A stretch of DNA of 64,000 nucleotides from Flavobacteriales bacterium (GTDB lineage: Bacteria; Bacteroidota; Bacteroidia; Palsa-965): NCBI GenBank assembly GCA_040377305.1, contig JBEIPA010000004.1, positions 96,001 to 160,000 on the forward strand. Direction: 5' to 3'. The position numbers were made by a program, and so were the translations under genes. Each line of letters opens with the position of its first letter. Position 1 is the stretch's first letter. Positions 37,330-48,500 of this stretch are shown here, in pieces. Below the pieces are notes generated by a model, which did not search any database, had not been told where the DNA came from, and was given only the letters and a program-made list of their open reading frames with translations.

Positions 37330-40300
37330 ATGAAATTGAGAATCTCAGGTCTCGTAATCGCACTTGCATGTATTGCATTTTCAGCGAACGCACAGCAACG
37401 TGAAGAACAGGCAAACGATGTAAATACATGGCTGGAGCTGTGGAGAAATCCTGCGTCCAATTACTTTACTGTGAAACATCATTTCGATTCAACTTTTTCA
37501 GAAGTTGAACAGGAAATGCGCACGCACACCGGACAATCTTCCGCACAGGAATCTGAACGTGAAGAAGGTGCAAAAGACGGCACGTTCCGTTTGTTCAAAC
37601 GCTGGGAATGGTACTACGCTCCACGTGTCGGAGTAAGTGGAGATCTCACCATGCCTGCGTATTCGTACATCAACTTCTTCACCTATCTCGAACAAAATCC
37701 GGCTGCGAAACAAATGCGCAATGCATCCATTTCGCGCCAGCTTAGTTCTACGAATTGGAATTTTGTTGGACCAACCGGTGCGCCAAATGGTGGTGGAGCC
37801 GGTCGCTTAAATTTTGTTCGCTTCGACCCGAACAACAATAGCATCATTTACGTTGGTGCTCCGGCTGGTGGTTTATGGAAAACAACGAATGGTGGTACTT
37901 CATGGACATGCCTAACGGATTTCCTTCCCATCATCGGTTGTTCCGATCTCGCTATTGATCCTTCTAACACACAGGTGCTTTATCTCGCTACCGGCGATAA
38001 TGACGGTGGCGACATGCCTTCACTCGGGGTTTTGAAAAGTATTGATGGTGGCTTGACCTGGAACAGCACGGGAATGAACTTCAATATTGTTCAGTCACGT
38101 AAAGTTGCGCGGGTTATAATTGATCCGTCAAACACAAACGTAGTCTACTGCGGAACTTCGGCCGGCATTTATAAAACCTATGATGCGGGTGTAACCTTTA
38201 CACAAATTTCAGGTTCGGGAATTGTGGATATGGAAATGAATCCTACTGATCCGCAAACATTGTATGCATGTCGTACTTCATTTATCAAATCAACAAATGG
38301 TGGCGCAACATGGACAACAATTTCCACCGGACTTCCTCTGGCGAATAGTGTTTCCCGACTGGCCATTGCAGTAACAAAAGATGACGCGAACTACGTTTAC
38401 ATTCTTGCCGGCAACGGAAACACACAAGGCTTCGAAGGAATTTATGTCTCAACAAACGCCGGACAATCTTTTACACCTCGTGCGAATTCTCCAAATCTTC
38501 TTGGTTGGGATCCGAACGGAAATGACAACGATGGTCAGGCGTGGTACGATCTTTCAATTGCTGTAGCGCCTTACAATAAAGATGTGGTTGTGGTTGGTGG
38601 TGTGAACATCTGGCGTTCAGACGACGGAGGATTTACATGGAACCTCAACGCACATTGGTACGGTGGCGGTGGCGTCCCGTACGTACACGCAGACATTCAC
38701 GCGTTAGAATTTCTTCCGGGAGCTGTTAGCACATTGTATGTTGGATGCGATGGCGGAATATTTATGACCGATGACGATGGAGCAAACTACACGGACCTAA
38801 GCAGCAACCTTTGCATTGCACAGATTTACAAAATGGGGCAATCCGTTTCTAATGCTGCGACGGTTATCACCGGACATCAGGACAACGGGACGAATCTCAA
38901 AGTTAACGCTTCAGAAGACGAAGTGCTCGGCGGAGATGGTATGGATTGTTTCATTGACCGTACCAGCGATTTTAATTTATTCGGATCAATATACTACGGC
39001 GACTACTACCGTTCGAACGACGGCGGTAACAACTGGAGCGGAATCACCAGCGGACTCAGCGGAAATTTTGGTTGGGTCTCTCCGTGGAAACAGGATCCGA
39101 ATGTGGCAAATACAATTTACTGTGCAGGCAGCCAGATGTTCAAGTCGACGAATCAAGGCAACACGTGGACGCAGATGGGAACCCTTTCGAATGGGCAATC
39201 AATTGTTGAATTTGAAGTTGCAGAATCGAACACACAGTATCTCTACATCACAAACGGTGCACAAATCTGGAAAACTTCGAACGGAGGCACTACATACACC
39301 AACATCACGAGTCCAATCAATACAAGCGGCGCATCCATCCAGAATATCACGATCAGTCCTTACGATGAGAACATGGTGTGGATATGTCTCTCCGGTTATT
39401 CTCTAAACAACAAAGTTTGGTTTACTGCAGATGCAGGTGTAACATGGACGAATATTTCTTACGGACTTCCGAATATTCCTGCTAATGCAATCAAAGCTGT
39501 TTCAAATACCGGAAACAATCTTGTGTTTGTTGGAATGGATGCCGGTGTTTACTATCGTCACGATTACAGCAACGGATGGCAGCCCTATTTCTCGGCGCTT
39601 CCACTTGCTCCTATCAGCGATTTTGAATTGTTTGAATCCACAATGACTTTGCGCGCGGCGACTTACGGTCGTGGTGTATGGGAGGTTGCAATTGATCCGA
39701 CTCTTCTGTCCATGGCTGCCCAATTCACTGTGAACGACAACACGCTTTGTCCGGGAACAACCGTGCAATTCACCGATCAAACAACAAACAGTCCTACACA
39801 GTGGTATTGGAGTTTCCCCGGAGGAAATCCTTCAACGTCCACTGTGCAGAACCCAACCGTTAATTACAGCATTCCCGGATCCTACGCTGTTACACTTACT
39901 GCGTACGGCGCGAGCGGATCAGATGTGCAGACTATCAATAACTACATCGTAGTAAGCGGAAATTACACGCCGCCATTCTTTGAAGGATTTGTAAACACTA
40001 CTTTCCTTCCACAAGATTGGACCGGAGTAAACAACGGCAATCAAAGTTATTTCTGGACACATAGTAGTACAGTAGGGCACAATAGCACCAACTCAGCGTA
40101 CTTCAACAACCATAGTTACAATAGCCCGGGAACATCTGATGACATGATTACTCCGGGAATCAGTTTGATCGGATACGCCAATCCCCAACTCACATTCGAT
40201 GTTGCGTATGCCCGATACAACGCCAACCGAACGGATACACTTGAAGTATTCGTTTCTGCAGATTGCGGCGTAACGTGGACAAGCGTGTATGAGAAAGGCG

Positions 40301-41673
40301 GAAGTGTCCTTGCAACTGTTCCTGATCAGTTAACACCGTTCACTCCTACAAACGCGCAGTGGCGCACAGAAACAATCAACCTCAATGCGTATGCGAATGC
40401 CGGAGCGTTGCTCGTGAAATTCCGAAACGAAAACGATCACGGAAATTATCTGTGGATCGACAACATCAACCTGAGTGCAACAGTAAACACTGCGCCAACA
40501 GCAATGATGTTCTCCCAAGGTGCGTGTATGATGGATTCAACTTCCTTCACGGGTCTCGCTGTTCCGGCTGCAACAGCATGGAACTGGACCTTCAGCGGTG
40601 GAAGCCCTGCAACATCATCGCTGCAGAATCCAACAACGCTGTGGACAACACCGGGAACATATACTGTTACTTTGATTGCATCAAACACTATCGGGTCTGA
40701 CACCATCACACAAACAGTTACAATCCATGGCTTGCCAACTGTTGATGCCGGCACAGACACCACATTCTGCAGTACAACCTATGTATCGCTGCAAGGTTCA
40801 GGTGGCGTGGCTTATAGCTGGTTGCCTACAACTAACCTGTACAACCCAAGCAGCGCAAGTCCGAACGTTTACCTCACAGCAAACACAACGTTCACCATGA
40901 CTGCTACAGATAGTCTCGGTTGTTCTGCAAGCGACACAGTGAACATCAGCATTCTTCCGCTTCCGACTTTTGCAGTCACCGCAAGTGACAACTCCATTTG
41001 TCCTTATGACACCATTCAGATCTGGGCAACACAACCGCAGTATCAGTACACATGGACACCAGCTTCGTCTTTAGATTCTGCCAATGTAGATTCTACAAAT
41101 GCATGGCCTGTGACAAATACAACGTATACCATTACTTCCATCGACACAACTACCGGTTGTATGTATTCAACAACAGAAGTGGTAACGGTGTACGCGCTCA
41201 CGCCTACTCCAACCGTTTTAGTTTGGGGATGGCAGCTGACCTGTTCGGTTGGTGCTGCGAGTTACCAGTGGTTCCTCAATGGAAATCCGATTGCAGGTGC
41301 AACACAGCAAACCTATCTTGCTTCAACAATCGGTATGTATCAGGTTGAAGCATACAATGTGCAGAGTTGTCCTTCGGGAATTTCTTCTGCAGTTCTGGTT
41401 GACGCGATACCTGAAATCAACGTAACGTCATTCAGCATTTATCCGAACCCGAACGGTGGAGAATTCTGGATCACGTTCGCAGGTGAGAAAAATGCGGATT
41501 ACGTCCTGGAAATTTTCAACGCAGAAGGACGAGTTGTTGCGCAGCAGAAAATCACAGGTTTCTCCGGTGAATACCGCCAGATGTTTGATATGTCGTTGTA
41601 CGGGGCCGGAGTTTACATGGTTCGTCTTTCCAACGATGAAGGATCGTCTGCATACCGAATGATTGTGTACTAA
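37330..41673 (+). CDS. T9SS BNR-propeller/PKD protein, short-stalk paralog of the upstream gene
   Basis: Shares FKRWE, GGAGR, VHAD.H, QDNGT, GGDGMDCFID and YGRGVW motifs; CTD IYPNPNGGEF. Confidence 0.9.
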   Translation: MKLRISGLVIALACIAFSANAQQREEQANDVNTWLELWRNPASNYFTVKHHFDSTFSEVEQEMRTHTGQSSAQESEREEGAKDGTFRLFKRWEWYYAPRVGVSGDLTMPAYSYINFFTYLEQNPAAKQMRNASISRQLSSTNWNFVGPTGAPNGGGAGRLNFVRFDPNNNSIIYVGAPAGGLWKTTNGGTSWTCLTDFLPIIGCSDLAIDPSNTQVLYLATGDNDGGDMPSLGVLKSIDGGLTWNSTGMNFNIVQSRKVARVIIDPSNTNVVYCGTSAGIYKTYDAGVTFTQISGSGIVDMEMNPTDPQTLYACRTSFIKSTNGGATWTTISTGLPLANSVSRLAIAVTKDDANYVYILAGNGNTQGFEGIYVSTNAGQSFTPRANSPNLLGWDPNGNDNDGQAWYDLSIAVAPYNKDVVVVGGVNIWRSDDGGFTWNLNAHWYGGGGVPYVHADIHALEFLPGAVSTLYVGCDGGIFMTDDDGANYTDLSSNLCIAQIYKMGQSVSNAATVITGHQDNGTNLKVNASEDEVLGGDGMDCFIDRTSDFNLFGSIYYGDYYRSNDGGNNWSGITSGLSGNFGWVSPWKQDPNVANTIYCAGSQMFKSTNQGNTWTQMGTLSNGQSIVEFEVAESNTQYLYITNGAQIWKTSNGGTTYTNITSPINTSGASIQNITISPYDENMVWICLSGYSLNNKVWFTADAGVTWTNISYGLPNIPANAIKAVSNTGNNLVFVGMDAGVYYRHDYSNGWQPYFSALPLAPISDFELFESTMTLRAATYGRGVWEVAIDPTLLSMAAQFTVNDNTLCPGTTVQFTDQTTNSPTQWYWSFPGGNPSTSTVQNPTVNYSIPGSYAVTLTAYGASGSDVQTINNYIVVSGNYTPPFFEGFVNTTFLPQDWTGVNNGNQSYFWTHSSTVGHNSTNSAYFNNHSYNSPGTSDDMITPGISLIGYANPQLTFDVAYARYNANRTDTLEVFVSADCGVTWTSVYEKGGSVLATVPDQLTPFTPTNAQWRTETINLNAYANAGALLVKFRNENDHGNYLWIDNINLSATVNTAPTAMMFSQGACMMDSTSFTGLAVPAATAWNWTFSGGSPATSSLQNPTTLWTTPGTYTVTLIASNTIGSDTITQTVTIHGLPTVDAGTDTTFCSTTYVSLQGSGGVAYSWLPTTNLYNPSSASPNVYLTANTTFTMTATDSLGCSASDTVNISILPLPTFAVTASDNSICPYDTIQIWATQPQYQYTWTPASSLDSANVDSTNAWPVTNTTYTITSIDTTTGCMYSTTEVVTVYALTPTPTVLVWGWQLTCSVGAASYQWFLNGNPIAGATQQTYLASTIGMYQVEAYNVQSCPSGISSAVLVDAIPEINVTSFSIYPNPNGGEFWITFAGEKNADYVLEIFNAEGRVVAQQKITGFSGEYRQMFDMSLYGAGVYMVRLSNDEGSSAYRMIVY

Positions 41674-42221
41674 TGAATAAACTGCCTGCGTTTAACATTG
41701 ACAAAACGTGGACCTTGTTCCTCGATCGCGACGGAGTGATCAATGAACGCATTCACGGTGATTATGTAAAAACCGTGAGCGGCTTTCATTTTATTCCCGG
41801 TGTGAAAGAATCCATTGCGAAGCTTTCACAACTCTTTGGTAAAATCGTAGTTGTAACCAATCAACAAGGAATCGGAAAAGGTCTGTACAGCCACGAGGAA
41901 CTTGCAGCCATTCACAACCATCTCAAACAGGAAGTGGAATCTGCCGGTGGGCGTATCGATGCAATTTTTTATGCTCCTAATCTTGCTTCAGAGAATTCTT
42001 CACTGCGAAAACCAGGGATCGGAATGGCTTTAAATGCACAGAAGATTTTTCCGCAAATCGATTTTTCCAGGAGTGTAATGGTTGGAGACACGGAAAGCGA
42101 TATGCAGTTTGCCCGTAACGCCGGTATGAAAGCTGTGTTTTGCTGCTCAAACAACGATGTGGTGTCTGCGGATGTTCACGTATCTTCACTTGCTGAATTT
42201 GCTTCCTGGATTTCAGGATAG
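41673..42221 (+). CDS. HAD-IIIA phosphatase, GmhB-like (heptose bisphosphate phosphatase family)
   Basis: LFLDRDGVIN, VVTNQQG, RKPGIGM, MVGDTESD. Confidence 0.85.
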   Translation: MNKLPAFNIDKTWTLFLDRDGVINERIHGDYVKTVSGFHFIPGVKESIAKLSQLFGKIVVVTNQQGIGKGLYSHEELAAIHNHLKQEVESAGGRIDAIFYAPNLASENSSLRKPGIGMALNAQKIFPQIDFSRSVMVGDTESDMQFARNAGMKAVFCCSNNDVVSADVHVSSLAEFASWISG

Positions 42222-42237
42222 CAATCCGAAAAGCCGG

Positions 42238-44097
42238 ATGAAACTATCTGCACAAGGCATTCTCGTTAACCGCATCAGCCTGCCACGTCTCGCATGGTTG
42301 CTGATTGCAGTTGCCATGTGCTGGCACCTGCTCTACGTGACGTGCGGAACCTTCCGTAAAGATTACATCATCAGCAGCGATGCAGCAGGATACTACGCTT
42401 ATCTGCCAGCCACGTTTATCTACCACGATCATTCGTATCAGTTCTGTTATCCCGGCGAAAAGAAAATAAATTTCCCGGGTGCAGACTTTAGCCTTTTCCT
42501 GAACATGACTGCCGATGGAAAACCCATCAACAAGTATTTTGTTGGAACGGCATTGTTGGAATTACCTGCATTTCTAACGGCTTATGCTGCAGCTCCCTTG
42601 TTCGGTTATCACATGAACGGATATTCCTTTCCTTTTGTGCTTGCAATTGTTCTGTCGGCAATGATCTATGTGCTCATTGGGTTAGAGCAATTAAGACGTT
42701 TGTTAAGCAAGCTGGGTGTTTCCGAACCGATACAGGCCGTCACATTACTACTGGTATTTTTCGGTACAAACCTGTATTACTACAGTACCGCAGAGCCGGG
42801 AATGTCACACGCCTTTTCCTTCTCAATGATGGCGCTGTTCCTCAATCAGGCATACAATGTTTTCCATGCTCAAAATAAGAAATCCATTGTTTGGATGTTG
42901 TTTGCCATTTCAATGATCATCATGATCCGTCCGGTAAATGGTGTTGCACTTTTCGCATTGCCTGTGATTGCCGGTTCCTGGAAAAAATTCACCGAAGGAA
43001 TTAGGTTTTGCGCACAACACTATTGGCGGGTAGTAATCGGCGGAGGAATTTTTCTCGCACTCGTTTTCATCCAGCTACTGATGTACAAACTTTCAACCGA
43101 TCATTGGTTTGTAGATTCCTACAGCGGGGAACATCTCATTCTTACACAACCGCACATTATTGAAGTTCTCTTCAGTTGGAAAAAAGGTTGGTTCATTTAC
43201 ACGCCACTGATGTTCCTTGCTGCAATTGGTATCATCTTCCTTAAGAATAATTTTACACGCATCGCGTTCACCTTCGTGTTGTTTCTGGCTATCTATGTTG
43301 TTTCCTGCTGGGAGTTGTGGTGGTATGGCGGAAGCTACGGTATGCGTCCGTTCATTGAATATTATCCGTTGATGGCTGTTCCGCTGGCGTTTCTTATTGA
43401 ACGTCTCTCAAAAAAATATCTGCTGTTCGTTTCGGTTCCCCTGTTCTCATTTGTAGCTGCTTTAAGCCTAGTGCAAATCTATCAGTACTCGAAGGGAATA
43501 TTGCCGTACAACGACATGACTGCTGCAAAGTACAAGAAGATATTTTTCAAGACGAGTACAGACTATTCACTCATCTATGACCCGGGAACGCTGCGCCAAC
43601 ATCAGCTTCCGATGGGAATGAAACGTATTTACTCAGTTAAAAGAACCTTCGAAGAAAACAACGACGGACAATTCGGCTCGCAGGGAATTACGTCAGGCAA
43701 TGCTTTCTCCGGAAAAAATGCAACCATGCTGAATGCGTCTGTGAAGGAATCCTCCGGACTGCGAGTAACGCTACGCGATGCTTTTCCGGATTCAACCCAA
43801 ATCGGCAAAGGTTGGCTGGTGATTCGCGCAAAGGTTATCCTCTTCGAAGATATCGCAACCGCAAAAATGGCAATGTCCATTCATGATGGCGACAAAACCT
43901 ATTACTGGACCGCACGACCGATCTATGTTGATATTGATACGGTGGGACAATGGCAGAACTTTAGCTATGCGATTAAGATTCCTGCCGATGTGCCGCCGAG
44001 CGCAGTTGTTTCCGCATACATGTACCACGATGATCAATCACTGGTGTATGCCGACGATTTTCAAATGGATTTCTACCTTCCTCACGGCTCAAAGTAG
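42238..44097 (+). CDS. Polytopic membrane protein, probable GT-C fold glycosyltransferase with C-terminal beta domain
   Basis: SDAAGYYAYLP after TM1; many TM helices; GWFIYTP and WWYGGSYGMR; start at MKLSAQ. Confidence 0.6.
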   Translation: MKLSAQGILVNRISLPRLAWLLIAVAMCWHLLYVTCGTFRKDYIISSDAAGYYAYLPATFIYHDHSYQFCYPGEKKINFPGADFSLFLNMTADGKPINKYFVGTALLELPAFLTAYAAAPLFGYHMNGYSFPFVLAIVLSAMIYVLIGLEQLRRLLSKLGVSEPIQAVTLLLVFFGTNLYYYSTAEPGMSHAFSFSMMALFLNQAYNVFHAQNKKSIVWMLFAISMIIMIRPVNGVALFALPVIAGSWKKFTEGIRFCAQHYWRVVIGGGIFLALVFIQLLMYKLSTDHWFVDSYSGEHLILTQPHIIEVLFSWKKGWFIYTPLMFLAAIGIIFLKNNFTRIAFTFVLFLAIYVVSCWELWWYGGSYGMRPFIEYYPLMAVPLAFLIERLSKKYLLFVSVPLFSFVAALSLVQIYQYSKGILPYNDMTAAKYKKIFFKTSTDYSLIYDPGTLRQHQLPMGMKRIYSVKRTFEENNDGQFGSQGITSGNAFSGKNATMLNASVKESSGLRVTLRDAFPDSTQIGKGWLVIRAKVILFEDIATAKMAMSIHDGDKTYYWTARPIYVDIDTVGQWQNFSYAIKIPADVPPSAVVSAYMYHDDQSLVYADDFQMDFYLPHGSK

Positions 44098-44230
44098 GCT
44101 TCACAGCACACGTATTGGCCCGAATCACGACTTATATGTGCTGTTGGTAGCGACTTAACATTTTTTTTAGGGTTACCTGTAGCTTTTCAACGGAATCAAC
44201 ATTATCATTCTAAACTAAACCTACTAAGTC

Positions 44231-45568
44231 ATGAGCCATCGTGGAGTTTTAACTGTTGTTGCCGGGGCTGCCCTCCTTTTCGCCGCCTGCAATGCACCTC
44301 AATCTGAAACCGCAGGAACGCGCGCGGTAAACAAACCGTGGAAAGATATTTCTCCGCCGACGCAGGAATTCACTTTTAATGCAGAAAGCGGAGATACAAT
44401 AACGTTGGACGATGGTACTTGCATCCGAATACCCGGAGGAATTCTTGTCGATTCGAAGGGAAAAACCGTTACTGGTGAAGTTACACTCGACTACACGACC
44501 ATTTATTCTGTTGCTGAACTCATCGCATCCGGAATTCCTATGGATTATGACAGCGCCGGTTCGAATTTCAATTTCCAGAGCGCCGGTATGTTCGACATGA
44601 CAGCACGCCAAGGCGAAGAAGAACTTGCCATCAAAACCGGAAACGCCATTGACATGGATTTCCCGACAACGAGACAAGATCTCACGTATAGCTTTTATCG
44701 CTACGACGGAGCTGCAAACAACTGGTCATTCCAGGAAGTCCCTGAAGTTGATTCGAATCAAACCCGACTGGCACTCGAAGAGGAATTTGCACTTGCTTCT
44801 ATTCCGCCTGCTAAACCCGAAGAGTATGTTGCCGGAACACCTGTGATTGATCTGGAGTTCGAACTTGCAAAACATCCTGAGCTGAGCGGATACGATGGTG
44901 TCATTTGGCAATATGCCGGTAACGGAAAAGATCCCGAAGACAACAAGTGGATCTACAACGAAGTGTGGACAACCGCAGACCTCAGTCTTGCCGACCGCGC
45001 TCTTGGGCATTACAATCTGTATCTGAAGAATGACAAGAAAGCATTCTCCACCATGATTCGTCCTGTATTGAAAGGTGCTGAATATGAAAACGCGATTGCA
45101 GATTTTACGGAACGCATGGAGAAATTTGAATCTGAAGAAACAGCACGCCGCGAAGAAGCAGAACGTGTGAAAGCAATTCCTCCATACATTTCACGGCTCA
45201 GTGTACTGGTGTTTGGATTGCACAACATGGATGCTATCGGTCGTTTACCGGATTTCATTATGGCGAACGTGAATTTTGTGCTGCCGGATTTTACAGGTAG
45301 TCGCGGTGATGTCACTGTGTACATTGTTTCTGGCACATCCGAAACAACACTCGCCTACAATGCAACCGGTAACAGGTGTTACTATCAAATGGGCGCAAAC
45401 AATAAAGTGATTGCTGTTGATCACAAAAGCGGAAAAACATTCACGATGACGCCGGCAGAATTTAATGCCGCTGCTATGGGAGGACAATCTTTTAATCTCA
45501 CCATGAATGAAAACAGCACACCCGTTGCCGACATGGCCGCATTGGAAAAGCTGATTGATGAACTATGA
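44231..45568 (+). CDS. Lipoprotein of unknown function
   Basis: Lipobox FAAC; SAGMF motif. Confidence 0.75.
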   Translation: MSHRGVLTVVAGAALLFAACNAPQSETAGTRAVNKPWKDISPPTQEFTFNAESGDTITLDDGTCIRIPGGILVDSKGKTVTGEVTLDYTTIYSVAELIASGIPMDYDSAGSNFNFQSAGMFDMTARQGEEELAIKTGNAIDMDFPTTRQDLTYSFYRYDGAANNWSFQEVPEVDSNQTRLALEEEFALASIPPAKPEEYVAGTPVIDLEFELAKHPELSGYDGVIWQYAGNGKDPEDNKWIYNEVWTTADLSLADRALGHYNLYLKNDKKAFSTMIRPVLKGAEYENAIADFTERMEKFESEETARREEAERVKAIPPYISRLSVLVFGLHNMDAIGRLPDFIMANVNFVLPDFTGSRGDVTVYIVSGTSETTLAYNATGNRCYYQMGANNKVIAVDHKSGKTFTMTPAEFNAAAMGGQSFNLTMNENSTPVADMAALEKLIDEL

Positions 45569-48500
45569 GTCGTTGGAGCCGACATATCGCTGTTGTTGTT
45601 CTGTGTGGATTTGTTGAGCTTCTGAACGCGCAGTTTCTGACGAGGTCAGTTGTGCCGGCCACACCGCCACCACCGAATCCTACACCCATTGTTAATTGGG
45701 TTCCGGTGAAAGTCGACGGACTGTGGGGTTACGCTGATACTTCTGGACAAATAAGAATAGCGCCTTTGTTTAACGCTGCAGAATCTTTCATCGGATCGTA
45801 TGCGGTAGTGCAAAAAGGGAACAAAGCATTTGTGATTGACACTGCCGGAACAATTCTAACTCCGGCAGGTCATGATCAGATCGCGCAACTGGACGATAGC
45901 GTATTTGCGGTTTACAAAAATTCTGGGGAATTCGGTGAAGGCGGATGGGGTGCGGAAAAAATCGGTGGGCAGGAAATTGTGCCGATGCAATACGACAACA
46001 TCGCCCGCACTTCTCTCACGGTGTATCGCTGCACACAGGATTCACTGATGGGATTCTTCAACCGGAACGGAACACTAATTGCTCCTGCCCGGTACGACAC
46101 GGGATGGGTTTTCAATAGTACGTTCATCGCGTTAAAACGCAAACGTTTGATTGGAGTAAATACTGAGCTCGGCGTAAAAGTCCTTCCCGATTCCTGCTCT
46201 CGCGTCAAAGCACTGAACAGTACAACCGTTGCGGGCGCTAAACAGAAAAAGTGGGGCGCCGGAAAAAATAACGGTGCGCGACTCATTCCATTTGAGTATG
46301 ATTCTATTGGAGGATTCTCCATCTATTTCGCTTCTGCTGTAAGAAACGACACCGTTGAGGTGTACGCAACGCACACAGCCTCACGCAAAGTCGATGGCAA
46401 ATATATTCATGCAGTTCCGTTTGGCGCAACCTGGGCAAAAGCGTACACCCATTCCAAAAAATGTGCGGTGATCGATTCTGCAGGAAATATTGTTGTTCAG
46501 CCATTGTATGATGACGTACAATTCGCAGGAAACGGAACATGGGCGATTGTACAAAACAACAAATGGGGAATGATCGGCAAGGACGGGAATGTGATCATTG
46601 CTCCTGTGTATGACAACATCCAGCCATTTCGAAATGGAATGAGCATTGTTTTCTCCGGCGGATTGCAGGGATTGATTAACGAACGCGGAGAACTACTTTC
46701 TAAACTGGCGAACTGTTCGATCACAATCAAAGGCAATACTGCTAAGGTAGTTTGCCCCGACAATAAAGTTGATTACGTCAAGACCGATGGCCAGGGAAAC
46801 ATCATTCAGCGCGACGAATACGAAGATGTGCGCATCATCAAAATTGGTGGCGACAATTCATACAGAACGAAAGCAGGCCTACCTGGTGCGCCGCAAATGG
46901 GCAGCTCTGCACTTGCGCAGTCGCCACGCGGTGATTCACTACAATGGTTTTATGATTTTGATGTTTACCTCTATGGCTTGCGCGACGCCTATCTCGGTGA
47001 CACGCTCATTCAACCGACGTATTCCTCTGTTAGAAAAGTTGGATTCGGTTACACAATCGTTTCTGTACCGAAAGTTTCTCCAGGCGTAATTCTCGACGGC
47101 AAACAAATGAAAAGCGGAATGGTATACGGTGTATTCGACGACACTACAGGAAAGTTTGTCATCGAACCTCAGTTCACGCGTCTTATGCCTTTCAGTATGC
47201 ACGGCGATGGATCTAAAACTCTTTTCCAGTGTGTGCGCACCGATGGAATGGCAGGACTTATTTCCGCTGACGGCTCAGAGCGCATCGTACAAGCATCATG
47301 TATCGATAAAGTCAACAATGGTATTGCCGCGTTTTGCGTTGGCGGAAAATGGGAAATGATTGAAGGTGGTGAGTGCAGAACGAACTGGGCGTTCTTCCTG
47401 AAAACATATAACATTATCGACAACGGTCCGTTCAGCAATATCTTCGAATCAGAAAATGCTGCTGGTCGTTCAGTCACGCACACGGGTGGCAAGTGGGGAT
47501 TTATGGATGCGCATGGAAATGTTTTAGTCGCACCGCAGTATGATGCATACGAACCTTCACTCTCCGGCACCTGCATTGTTAAACTCGGGAAGAAATGGGG
47601 AATGATTGACACTTCCGGAAATACAGTAGTGCCATTCGAGTTCGATATGATGCGTTATCTTATCACGAAAACGGATACGCTGCTTCAGACACAAGTGAAT
47701 AAAGTACAGATGGGTTGCATAGATACACTTGGAAATGTGGTGATCCCCATTGCGAACAGCAAGATACTGGCACTTGGTGAAAACAGAATCGCTGTATGCA
47801 ACGCAAACCGGTGGGAAGTGGCGCGAACAAACGGAGAAGTACTTACGCACGCACAATATCTCGAGATACGTCCCTACTCCGAAGGATTTGCCGCAGTGCG
47901 CATCGGAAGAAAATGGGGACTCATTGACACTTCAGGTACCGAGGTGGTTGCTCCGATGTATGATGATATCGGACAATTTTCCGAAGGAATGTGCGCGGTG
48001 AAGCTAGGCCTGAAATGGGGTTACATCAATGGGAGTGGCTCAACACGTATTGATCACCTCTATGCTGTCGCACTACCTTTCTTCCGCGGGGTTGCGCCAG
48101 TAAAACTGAAGTCTTCGTACGGGTTGATCGATCGGGAAGGAAAAACCATTGCGAAACACAATTATGCTTTAATCGAGCACATTCCGGGAAGCACTGTTTT
48201 CTCTTATCGTCTCGAAGGTCAAAACGGAATGATGTCGCCCACAGGTAAAGTGCTTACCACTGCGCGCTATCACAAGTTCAAAGACATTGGTGAGAATCTC
48301 ATCGCATATCAGGAAGGCTTGTATTGGGGAATTATGGATACGCTGGGTAGGAAAGTAAGTCAGGCGATGTATGACAAAGTCGGAATTTTCGGTGACGGAT
48401 TATGTCCTGTGAGTTATCAGGGGCAATGGGGATTCATCAAACCGAATGGTTTTTATAAAGTGAATCCACGGTATCGCGCAGTCAGTCGGTTCGGAAGCGG

